DNA from: the human T2T-CHM13v2.0 reference genome, Homo sapiens | Assembly: GCF_009914755.1 (NCBI RefSeq) | Contig: NC_060931.1 | Reading direction: 5' to 3' (one strand) | DNA: 64,000 nt | In this document: in pieces, positions 43,600 through 58,898 of the stretch | How the letters are laid out: each line of letters starts with the position of its first letter | Position numbering within the stretch: position 1 is the first letter of the stretch | Position numbers and translations under genes: made by a program | The notes under the pieces: generated by a model | What the model saw: only the letters and a program-made list of their open reading frames with translations | What the model was told of the DNA's origin: nothing | The model's database searches: none

Positions 43600-46500
43600 T
43601 GGGAAAAAATACTTTAATTGCTGGTTAAAACACATTTTCTGCCATATTCCCTTTATGGAACCTAAAAAGCCTAAAGCGTATGGCCACTTACACCTCCAAG
43701 CTGTTATTTTAAGGCAAAAACTAAAACATTAAGGACAGATGAAAGATTAGCAATGACTAAAGTGAGAAAAAAGATAAATAAATGCTCCATGGATTAGGCC
43801 CATTTACACAACATGGCCCCAGAGTGTTTTACAATCAGATCTTTTCATAAAAAGAAAGAAAGATGATAAGAAATTTCCCAAGGGCCCAGGAAAACCTGAC
43901 ATTATTCCTCCCGCTAAACAAACAGATCTGTGCTAAGACAAGTCTCTTAAAGACCAATATCAAATATTTTATGCCCATGTTATTCAAAAGAGTTTGGGAA
44001 CATGTAACATAATTAATGACTCTATGTTTTAAAAAAAAGTGCCTCCCACCGACAACATTCCTTCCTTAAAATCTAGTCCAGGGTTACTCCTCAAACCTCT
44101 CGAACTTCTACTCCTTCTAGGAGTCCTTCCTCACTTAACACACAGTCTATGTACTCCTTTCATATCAGCTTGTTCATCAAAAAATCCCTTAAGAGCCTAG
44201 TCCTGCTGAATCAACTTGTAGCTGGATATCCTGTAACCCACCTAAAATAAAAAACAAACTTCTCTCTCAGAAAGGTAACAAATAGACTAAATCCTCTTAG
44301 AAACTTACTTCGTTAGTTAGTTTGCCCCAGATATTAGGAAAAAGTCACAAAAACTAGCTATGTGTCCCAAAACCCTAATAAATTAACTATGAAATATAGC
44401 TTTTGAGGTCTTCAGTAACCAAGACAGAGTGAAAAAGTCACAGAGAAATCAAAGGGAAAAGAAGAGAGACAAAAGACGGGCCCAATTGTGGGCCCCTGCT
44501 ATAAAAAGCCTCCCACCTTCAGATTATCCTGGGCAAAACCCAAGGGGCTATTGCCATATTTATTATATAAAAATCCTGGACACTGGAGCCAAATAAGTAA
44601 CAAGGGCCTTCAGGCTTGTAAACCCTCTGGAGTCTATCAACAATGGGACAAAAAAGAACACTGAAAGAAAGAGTGTCGCCAACTCCAAAGCAAGGATGGG
44701 ACTCTTAATTCCTTATTGTGCCTGGCCAAAGACTGAAGAAGCCCAAAGCAAACGATGGCTCTCATGCAGCAATCAGTCTCAATCACAGCAATGGAGCCTG
44801 GGGTGACCCTAGATGGGGCAGGTAAAGATATCAATTTCCTTTTAAACACAGGGGCCAGCATGTCAGTCCTCACTTTCTGCCCTGGGCCTCTGTCTGCCAA
44901 ACACGACACTGTCTTCGATGTTAATAGCAAACCCCGAACTAGGATTTTCACTCCACCTCACAGCTGACCAACTTCTACTGTAGTAAAACATGGGAATATG
45001 GGGCTTTGGGTACATTTATCAAAAATTAATAATTCTCCCTTTTAAGTTGTCACAGAAACCCACAACACAGACTTCAAATTATTCCCTGAAGCACTCATGG
45101 ATCTAAAGCTTCTGTCCAAAAAACAGCCGAAACCCAAAATATCAAACAATTAATATTGCCTCAGCATAAGCTTCTACTCGAAGACACAACTCACAGTGAG
45201 ATCGCCTTAAAAGCTAAGTAATGTTTTATTTTTCTCTTATTTACTCATTATACACTAGGCACTCTTAGTAAAATGGCTTTATCTGCTAAAGAAATAATAA
45301 ACTATACTACTAGCTTATTAAAATTAACCCAACCTTGCTGACTTTACATGACAACTGGAAGTTAAAAATATGCCAGATCTGTCCCTCAAGAAGACTGAGC
45401 CAACATTTCTATATTCCTCCTGGAACAAACCCATTGCCCATAAAATTAAAACATCTGGCCAAACAAACAATACAAAGAGATTTCCTTGGACCTGGCTATG
45501 GCCAGTTCAAACTTCTACTTTTAACTGTTAATAATAACTTCATTCTGCCAAAGAAAAAATTACTTTCTTACCTTCCCTTTTACCCAGAACAATTCCCCTT
45601 CTGCCTTTACAACAATCATGCCATTTCCACTACTTTCATAGAAAGACTCCAAGAGAGTCAATATAACTAAAGCTTTGACACTGGGTCATCTATACACCTT
45701 ATGCTAAAACCTGAAAAGGGAAACCTTATTAAAAAATATATTAAAACCACCCAACTCTACCATCCTCTAATATACCCAGTGATGCCAAACTTCTATTACT
45801 TTTACCACTTTAATAAGAAATACTTTTACAGCACAAATTTCACCATCACAAAAAATTGGGGGGAGTTTATAAATCTTTGACATATCTACAATTTTCTCCA
45901 CAATGAAAGAGACAATGCTCCATCACTTAAATTTTACCTTTTTTAATTTTCACACAGGCTAATGCATCTCTCCCTTTCCCCATATACCAACACCACAAGA
46001 TCCACCTCCGAATAAAACCCCTTATTCCCTTAGATTTAGTGCTATCCTTATTCCCTTAGATTTAGTGCTATTTATAAGGCACTAAATAGATTTAGTGCTA
46101 TTTAGTGCTTTATTAAAATGAACAAAGTCAGCCACGAGAGGTGGAGCCTTAAAATTCAACATAAACTGTCTCAAAAAACCACAGTGGTCCTCTGACAAAT
46201 TACAAAGGGCTTCATTAGATTTCAACAACTAGACTCTCTGGCTACTGCAGTCTTAAAGAGCCTTACATCTTCTCACAGCCAGACAAGAAAAAACATGTTT
46301 GTGTCTAAAAAATAAAATACTTTTTTTACATTAATCAGTCCAGTTTGGTCCAAAGACATATTAAAAATATCATTATCCAAGCAGACAAAATTAAATCTTT
46401 AAAAACTTCCATAGACTTAAAAACAATAGCTGTTGTCTGCCCTGCTCCCTTTAGTAGTGTCAATTATTACCATACTTTTAGCTTTAATTTTTGGTCCAAC

Positions 46501-46767
46501 TTTGTTTGAAATGCTAACTACTTTATTACTCTCTCACTCACAATTCCAAGTCCACATGATGGTTTTCCAAAGCTTCCAACCTTTGACTACTAATAGAACA
46601 TCTCACATCTTGCCCACCAGTCCCACAGACAACATGGCTTACACCCCATTAGACAAGACAGAAAAAAAACTCTAGGGCCCAGGCTTGGCAGGGACAATGC
46701 CTCACTTAGTAGGAAACAACTAAAAAAAAAATGAGTAACAACCTAGCTCCTCAACCTCCTGTATGAT
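43600..46767 (+). mobile_element. Degenerate class I ERV internal region (gag-pro-[pol deleted]-env remnants), MER4-group-like
   Basis: gag APDIRKKSQKL at 44324; zinc-knuckle remnants PGHW and EH*KKEC (44575-44676); protease FLLNTGASMSVL (44836); integrase-tail WVHLSKI (~45007); env LDSLATAVL..LLTARQEKTC..FYINQS (46229-46340) and TM LLPLVVSIITILLALIFGP (46442-46497). Left boundary approximate. Confidence 0.85.
46020..46109. repeat. Short direct-plus-inverted repeat cluster inside the env remnant
   Basis: ccttattcccttagatttagtgctat twice, then inverted gcactaaat, then atttagtgct twice. Confidence 0.85.
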
Positions 46768-47020
46768 TATGGGCCCTAAATTTCTGTTTCTTTTTTGTTT
46801 ATTATTATTATTATTATTATACTTTAAGTTATAGGGTACATGTGCACAATGTGCAGGTTAGTTACATATGTATACATGTGCCATGCTGGTGTGTTGCACC
46901 CATTAACTCATCATTTAGCATTAGGTATATCTCCTAATGCTATCCCTCCCCACTCCCCTCACCCCACAACAGTCCCCAGAGTGTGATGTTCCCCTTCCTG
47001 TGTCCATGTGTTCTCATTGT

Positions 47021-50861
<3,841 letters not shown>

Positions 50862-50909
50862 TTATTTTGCTCATTAGTTGATGTAGTTTCTTCCTACTCT
50901 CGATGGTCT

Positions 50910-51890
50910 TTACATTTTGGCATGATTTTGCAGCAACTGGTACTGGTTGTTCCTTTCCATGTTTAGTGCTTCCTTTAGGAGCTCTTTTAGGGCAGGCCTG
51001 GTGGTGACAAAATCTCTCAGCATTTGCTTGTCTGTAAAGTATTTTATTTCTCCTTCACTTATGAAGCTTAGTTTGGCTGGATATGAAATGCTGGGTTGCA
51101 AATTCTTTTCTTTAAGAATGTTGAATATTGGCCCCCACTCTCTTCTGGCTTGTAGAGTTTCTGCTGAGAGATCCGCTGTTACTCGGATGGGCTTCCCTTT
51201 GTGGGTAACCCGAACTTTCTCTCTGGCTGCTCTTAACATTTTTTCCTTCACTTCAACTTTGGTGAATCTGACAATTATGTGTCTTGGAGTTGCTCTTCTC
51301 GAGGAGTATCTTTGTGGCGTTCTCTCTATTTCCTGAATCTGAACATTGGCCTGCCTTGCTAGATTGGGGAAGTTCTCCTGGATAATATCCTGCAGAGTGT
51401 TTTCCAACTTGGTTCCATTCTCCCCGTCACTTTCAGGTACACCAATCAGATGCAGATTTGGTCTTTTCACATAGTCCCATATTTCTTGGAGGCTTTGTTG
51501 GTTTCTTTTTATTCTTTTTTCTCTAAACTTCCCTTCTCGCTTCATTTCATTCATTTCCTCTTCCATCACTGATACCCTTTCTTCCAGTTGAGTGCATTGG
51601 CTCCTGAGGCTTCTGCATTCTTCACGTAGTTCTCGAGCCTTGGCTTTCAGCTCCATCAGCTCCTTTAAGCCTAAATTTTTTTCAAAGTTTTCAACTTCTT
51701 TGCCTTTGGTTTGAATTTCCTCCTGTAGCTTGGAGTAGTTTGATCGTCTGAAGCCTTCTTCTCTCAACTCGTCAAAGTCATTCTCCATCCAGCTTTGTTC
51801 CATTGCTGGTGAGGAACTGCGTTCCTTTGGAGGAGGAGTGGCACTCTGCTTTTTAGAGTTTCCAGTTTTTCTGCTCTGTTTTTTCCCCAT
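50910..51890 (-). CDS. L1 ORF1p, open, 326 aa with a 12-aa in-frame coiled-coil deletion
   Basis: MGKKQSRKTGNS..YVKRPNL..ARREWG..YPAKLS..QNHAKM. Open frame; expression unknown. Confidence 0.9.
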   Translation of the reverse strand: MGKKQSRKTGNSKKQSATPPPKERSSSPAMEQSWMENDFDELREEGFRRSNYSKLQEEIQTKGKEVENFEKNLGLKELMELKAKARELREECRSLRSQCTQLEERVSVMEEEMNEMKREGKFREKRIKRNQQSLQEIWDYVKRPNLHLIGVPESDGENGTKLENTLQDIIQENFPNLARQANVQIQEIERTPQRYSSRRATPRHIIVRFTKVEVKEKMLRAAREKVRVTHKGKPIRVTADLSAETLQARREWGPIFNILKEKNLQPSISYPAKLSFISEGEIKYFTDKQMLRDFVTTRPALKELLKEALNMERNNQYQLLQNHAKM

Positions 51891-52924
51891 CTTTGTGGTT
51901 TTATCTACTTTTGGTCTTTGATGATGGTGATGTACTGATGGGTTTTTGATGTGGATGTCCTTTCTGTTTGTTAGTTTTCCTTCTAACAGACAGGACCCTC
52001 AGCTGCAGGTCTGTTGGAATTTGCTAGGGGTCCACTCCAGACCCTGTTTGCCTGGGTATCAGCAGTGGTGTCTGCAGAACCGCGGATTTTCATGATCCGC
52101 AAATGCTGCTGTCTGATCATTCCTCTGGAAGTTTTGTCTCAGAGGAGTACCCGACCGTGTGAAGTGTCAGTCTGCCCCTACTGGGGGGTGTCTCTCAGTT
52201 TGGCTGCTCAGGGGTCAGGGGTCAGGGACCCACTTGAGGAGGCAGTCTGCCTGTTCTCAGATCTCCAGCTGCATGCTGGGAGAAACACTGCTCTCCTCAA
52301 AGCTGTCAGACAGGGACATTTAAGTCTGCAGAGGTTACTGCTGTCTTTTTGTTTGTCTGTGCCCTGCCCCCAGAGGTGGAGCCTACAGAGGCAGGCAGGC
52401 CTCCTTGAGCTGTGGTGGGCTCCACCCAGTTCCAGCTTCCAGGCTGCTTTGTTTACCTAAGCGAGCCTGGGCAATGGCGGGTGCCCCTCCCCCAGCCTTG
52501 CTGCCGCCTTGCAGTTTGATCTCAGACTGCTGTGCTAGCAATCAGCTAGACTCTGTGGGCGTAGGACCCTCTGAGCCATGTGTGGGATATAATCACCTGG
52601 TGCGCCGTTTCCTAAGCCTGTCGGAAAAGCGCAGTATTCAGGTGGGAGTGGCCCGATTTTTCAGATGCCGTCTGTCACCCCTTTCCTTGACCAGGAAAGG
52701 GAACTCCCTGATCCCTTGCACTTCCCGAGTGAGACAATGCCTCGCCCTGCTTTGGCTGGTGTGAGGTGTGCTGCACCCACTGTCCTGTGCCCACTATCTG
52801 GCACTCCCTAGTGAGATGAACCCGGTACCTCAGATAGAAATGCAGAAATCACCCGTCTTCTGCATTGCTCACGCTGGGAGCTGTAGACCGGAGCTGTTCC
52901 TATTCGGCCATCTTGGCTCCTCCC
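51891..52924 (-). promoter_or_regulatory. L1 5'UTR: internal sense promoter (YY1 site AAGATGGCC) and antisense promoter
   Basis: ggccatcttgg at 52906-52916; standard 5'UTR sequence with many CpGs decayed. Confidence 0.8.
52474..52764 (+). CDS. L1 ORF0 (antisense ORF), open, 96-aa long form
   Basis: gcaATGg context; MAGAPPPALLPPCSLISDCCASNQLDSVGVGPSEP matches the ORF0 N-terminus; part of track ORF 52405-52764. Confidence 0.7.
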   Translation: MAGAPPPALLPPCSLISDCCASNQLDSVGVGPSEPCVGYNHLVRRFLSLSEKRSIQVGVARFFRCRLSPLSLTRKGNSLIPCTSRVRQCLALLWLV

Positions 52925-52956
52925 TGCTATGGGCCCTAAATTTCTTAGTGGAGAAA

Positions 52957-53536
52957 TGAGGCAGCAAAGGTAGTCAGGAAAGTAACCATGTGCTTGGGAC
53001 ACTGCAACCATGGTGATGGCACAGGGAACACAATAAGCCCCAGTATTTGTATTGTAGTCAAGCTCTTTCAAGTGAAGCTATATCTAATCGAGAATTTTTC
53101 TGCAGAGAGCATGCGCACTTTGATTTTACTGGGCCTCAGACTGACTCTGCTCATTGTAACAGTAAAAACACACCCAAGTGGAGATTTAAGAAGCTAAGGA
53201 GACATACAATGTATGAACAAGCATGTACAACTACTACACATGTGCACCCAGAACATGCTTACCAGTAACACCTCTTCCCACCCCCTTAGAAATAATCATG
53301 TAAGACTCCCATAAAGGGAGTTTCCCTGGTAAACAGTCAACACTGTCTCACCCTTATGAGCAGCCAGCTCTGAATCGTCTTGAAGAGTTTACTGTCTATT
53401 CTACACCTTGCTTTCAGAGTCTTCTTTCTCCTTTGCAATAAAGTTCTCTATGCTGCACCTCCTCTGCTGTATGTCTTTTGTTTAAATATTTTAAACTAAG
53501 AAGACAAGCAGCAAGGTTTCACAATAGCTGTCAACA
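52957..53536 (+). mobile_element. 3' LTR of the class I ERV (MER84-like; subfamily uncertain)
   Basis: Purine tract agtggagaaa then TGAGGC...TCAACA; cataaa near 53310; AATAAA at 53437-53442; contiguous with the env remnant once the L1 and one TSD are removed. Confidence 0.85.
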
Positions 53537-54827
53537 AAAACACTGAACATTCCTAAATATTAACATCCTTCAGGGTTCTGCGCTGGGTTGCGTGTCCTTC
53601 TCCTCCTTCTGGGAAATGCCCATGGGGCCCAGCACCTCAGTGACTACATGCTGATCAGCTTCAAATCTATATCTCTCCATCAGATCTTTCCTGAGTTTTA
53701 GGGCTGTATATTCAGCTACATACTTGACAGTTCCTCACATATGTCTTATAGACAACTCAAAGTTAACATATAAGAAAATAAACTAATTATTCAACCCTCC
53801 CAAAACCCTTCACTAAATGTATAGCCCCTTCTTTGCTGCTCTGTGGAAACCCAGATTATCAGTATTTAATTTCTGCTGCTTGTCCCATACCTTCCTTTCC
53901 AGTGTATATTCCTCTGATTCTCATGGTTTTAAATTTAGTGTTTTCTATTATTTGTTTATTTTGGTAGCTACCTCAAATATATTATGGGCAAATTGTAAAT
54001 AAATGAACAAATACATAAAATAAAGGACAAAAGCTAAATACTGTGTGCGGTAGTGAGGGAGGACACGTCTCAAATTGTCATGATGTCTCCAGGAGATGGC
54101 GCTCACGGTGTACTTTTGCTTTTGGTTTTTTTTTAAATTAAGAAAAGTTTGATACAGGTGAGTTTCCATATATAGGTAATTAATTTAAAGCAATATATTT
54201 CAGGTTTTATCATTTGTCGGGTGATCCTTTGGGCTGATAAGACTTTGCTTAATGACTTTGTGTTCTTATTTTTCAGATGGAGGTAAAGTTTGGGGGTGAA
54301 GTTGCTAGGAGTGTCAAAATTTGTGATATGGAAGAATTTGTGCTATGGTATAAAAGGGGGAATATTACCTCACAATTTTAATACTATAATCCAACAAACA
54401 AAAATTAATAATCTTATTGTCATAGAGTGGGAAACATACAAGCTGGAAAGCAGAAGGTAAAATGCCAATTTGACAAGAGAGAGCTAGCTACTGAACATGT
54501 ATCAAGGGTTATCTTGAAACATAAAAACCATATTTTAAAGGCAATTACATAGTGTAGTCTTTCTTGGTACTTCACTTACAAGATGTGTCATTTTGCTAAG
54601 ATTTTTTTCTCTCTCTGTGAGCTTTAGATTATTTTTCTTCAGAATGACAAAACTGAGCTAAATCATCTCTAAAATTCCTTGATTAGCAAACAGAACTACA
54701 AAGTAAAAGGAAAAAGTAACTGTAAATTCAGCTGGTGAAAGATACAGGCTGAGAGTGCTCTCCTGGTCTAGGATGAGTGATCTTACAGGTTCTTGCCCAG
54801 AACTAGTTTGTTAGTGAGTGGGAACTC

Positions 54828-55009
54828 TGAGTCAGTTATTAATCCCAGCTGCATCTAAGGCTCACTTGGGAGAATTATAAGTTATAGCAATGGCTAGACC
54901 CCCAATCAGACCAACTAAACAGAATCTCTGGAGGTTGGGCCCGGGCATCACTATTTGTTAAAAAAGTGCTCCGGCAATTTTAGTGCACAAACAAGATGAA
55001 GAACCACTG
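54828..55009. mobile_element. MER5 (hAT-Charlie MITE)
   Basis: cagaatctctggaggttgggcccgggcatc..gaagaaccactg followed by atctaga. Confidence 0.7.
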
Positions 55010-55502
55010 ATCTAGATCATCAGAAGGACTATTCAAGCTAAAACCTTTAATGGGGATAAACAGTGTTCTTAATTCTAGTGGAAGGCATATGCATAAGCCT
55101 GGAGAGGACAAAGATGCAAAGGGACAAATGAGAAAGTGAATGAAGAAAGACAATAGAAGATGTAGAGTACAAGTCTGGGAAGAAAAACACAGAACAACAG
55201 AGGGTCACATGGTAGAGATACTGCCAAACACAAGTTGTCATGCCTTTGGAAAATGTAATCAAATAAAGACAATTGCTCTATTAAAAAAGTGAAATATTAT
55301 TACTCACCTTTCATTTCATACCTTCAACTTCATCACCACCATAAATAAATAAAAATCCTGAATATGGGAAATGTTACGACTATGAAATAATGTAATTATG
55401 TTTTTATAATTCAATCACCTTATCTAGAATCTCTTCTCCTCTTTCCAAATGGAGAAGGCTACATTAAGGCATCTCTGTGCACACAGGGTATTCTGACAGA
55501 GT

Positions 55503-56741
55503 TGATCTCTTCTTTATTGATTTCTGTGTTGAATTAGATTGTAGGTGACAGTTCTGGTTCTTTATTTGATTTTAGAGTTTTATTTTTTTGCCCCAAACAG
55601 TGTTGTGGGAAGTCAGGGACCCTGAACAGAATGACTGGCTGAAGCCATGGCAGAAGAACATAAATTGTGAAGATTTCATAGGCATTTATTAGTTTCCCAA
55701 ATTAATACTTTTATAATTTCTTACACCTGTCTTTACTGCAATCTCTGAACATAAGTTGTGAAGATTTCATGGACATTTATCACTTCCCCAATCAATACTC
55801 TTGTGATTTCCTATGCCTGTCTTTACTCTCTTAATCCCATCATCTTCGTAAGCTGAGGATGTATGTGGCCTCAGGACCCTGTGATGATTGCGTTAACTGC
55901 ACAAATTGTTTGTAAAGCATGTGTGTTTAAACAATATGAAATCTGGGCACCTTGAAAAAAGAACAGGATAACAGCGATGTTCAGGGAACAAGGGAGATAA
56001 CCATTAGGTCTGGCTGCCTGAGAGCCAGGCGGAACAGAGCCATATTTCTTTTCTTTCAAAAGCAAATAGGAGAAATAGCTCTGAATTCCTTTTCTCAGCA
56101 AGGAGCAGCCCTGAGAAAGAGAATGCATTCCCATGGGTAGGTTTCTAAAATGGCCGCTCTGGGAATGTCTGTCTTTTATGGTTGTAGATAAGGGATGAAA
56201 TAAGCTCCGGTCTCCTGTAGCGCTCCCAGGCCTATTAGGACGAGGAAATTCCCACCTAATAAATTTTACTCAGACCAGTTGTCTGCTCTCAAACCCTGCC
56301 TCCTGATAAGATGTTATCAATGACAATGTGTACCCAAAACTTCATCAGCAATTTTAATTTTGCCCTGGTCCTGTGATCTCACCCTGCCTGCATTTGCGTT
56401 GTAATCTTTTATTACCTTGTGAAGCATGTGATCTCTGTGACCCACACTCATACACTCCCTCCCCTTTGAAAATCACTAATAAAAACTTGTTGGTTTTGTA
56501 GCTTAGAGGGCATCACAGAACCTGCCGACATGTGATGTCTCCCCCGGATGCCCAGCTTTAAAATTTCTCTCTTTTGTACTCTTTCCCTTTATTTCTCAGA
56601 CCAGCCAACACTTAGGGGAAATAGAAAAGAATCTAAGTTGGAATGATCTCTTCTGTATTGATTTCTGTGTTGAATTAGCTTGTAGGTGACATTTCTGCTT
56701 CCTGATTTGATTTTAGAGTTTTAGTTTTTTGTCCCAAACAG
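55503..56741 (+). repeat. 98-bp direct duplication flanking MER11 (55503-55600 and 56644-56741)
   Basis: Ungapped manual alignment, 8 mismatches in 98 nt. Confidence 0.93.
55601..56644 (+). mobile_element. MER11 (HERVK11/HML-8) solo LTR, 3' terminus truncated
   Basis: tgttgtgggaagtcagggaccc..gaagccatggcagaagaacataaattgtgaagatttcat, internal tandem repeat, aataaa near 56478, ends at gaaaagaatctaagttggaat. Confidence 0.93.
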
Positions 56742-57428
56742 TAGGTAGTTTTTTTTTTAGTAAAAGGATCATTTTTATATCCCCTTCTATCATTTTGCTT
56801 GGCTCAATTCTGGGTGGAGAAGAATTATTTGCTTCTTGATTCATCAGACTTGGAGGCACACAGACACACACAGAGTCATATGTGTATTGTTTCTTTGTTA
56901 ACATAGGATTGCTATTGTTGGGTAACCACACATTCCAGAAAGTTTGTATTTGGATAAGAATGTGGAAAAAAAAACTATAATGATCTCTCAGAGAAAACAG
57001 TACAAAATAAAAATTCAGTTTAAACTACACACGCACACACACACACACACATAAAACTTTATATATAATTTATGGTATCCATTATGGTCTTGAAGCCCAT
57101 TCATGGATTTCTGTTATACCCTGGGTCTTAGAATATATCTGGAAGGGGTATGGATTGGACATATGTATAAGTTTAGTTTGTGTCTTTGATTGGTTAATCT
57201 ACATATAAATGGTTTTGTATGTATGACTGAATTTTTCTTAAAAGACACAGAAGTAGATTTGAACACATAAAAGAAAATTTCCCGTTCTTGGATAGGATGA
57301 CTCAATATCATAAAGTAGTCATTTCCCTAAGTTAATGTATAATTGTAATACAATTCAATAAAAATACCAGCAAATGACTTTTAGTTGAGCTAGAAAAATT
57401 GTAAAGTTCATATAAAAAATTTCAAGAT

Positions 57429-57765
<337 letters not shown>

Positions 57766-58898
57766 CTATGAGGGAGGACCAGCCCTACCAGACATTTAAA
57801 ACATGCCACGAAGCAACTATAATTAAATCAGTGTGGTACTGGCTCATGAATAGACAAACAGATAAGAGGAACAGGACAGGAAAAAGTATCTAAAAATAGA
57901 CACAACATATATAGAAATTTAATAAAAGTGACATCTCAAGTCACTGGAGGAAAGATAGACTATGGTAAATTCTATTGAGATAACTGAATAACCATTTGGA
58001 AAAATATAAAATTAGATATATAGCTTAAACTATACACAAGAATAAACTCCAAATGGATCAAGGATGTAAAGGTTAAAAAAAATTGAAACTATACAAGTAA
58101 TAGAGGAAAACGTGTACATGTCACTTTTTAAGGTTCAGGAAAGGCTTTTAAACTGTATCCAAAATCCAGATGCAATAAATTGATACCTTTGACTACATTA
58201 AATTAAAATTATTTGTATGCAAAGAATATCATGAACAAATTAAAAAGAGAGTTGATGATCCTGGAGAAAATATTTGCATGTAAACCACACGTAAAAGATG
58301 AATATCTCTAATATGTTAAAAACTCTTAAAAATTTAGGATAAAGGATTATATGTCCAATAGAAAAACTGGAAAAATTACATGTATAGACACTCTACAAAA
58401 AAGACAGAACAATGGTCCTTAAACATAAGAAAATCTGTTTAATATCACTTATCATTTGAAGAATACAAATTAAAATTACATTGAGGTACGATTTCTCACT
58501 GTTAGTTTGGTAAAAATAAATCTTAAAAATATGACAGCACAATTAATTGGTCAGGCTTTTGGGAACCAGGACATATACATTGCTGTTGGGATTGCAAAAT
58601 GGCACAGCCTCCAGGAGGGAAATTTGGCAACATCTAAAAAATTGCATGCATACTTAACTTTTTGACTGAAGAAGTCCATTTCTGGGAATTACTCTAAATA
58701 TATATTTCCAACATTAATAAAATACATATGCATAAGGTTATTAATTGCAGTATTGCCTGCAGTTACCCAACATAGGAGGATGGTTGAATGAGGGTGCACC
58801 TTGCAGCTGGAGGAAGACCTCTGTGGAGTGATATTGGATAAATTCCAGGATACATTTAAGTGTAAAAAGCAAAGTGCGAAGGAATAATCTATAGTACA

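Noticed and set aside
44755-46675. Domesticated retroviral protease or env (syncytin-like) gene
   Set aside because: Catalytic Asp lost, env riddled with stops and frameshifts, CX6CC motif destroyed.
53236-53260. p53-like site in the ERV LTR
   Set aside because: Only one perfect half-site (gaacatgctt); the partner has two mismatches and a 5-nt spacer.
54277-54282. Possible 6-nt microexon (ttttcag|ATGGAG|gtaaag)
   Set aside because: Splice-like signals alone are common; no host gene or neighbouring exons could be identified.
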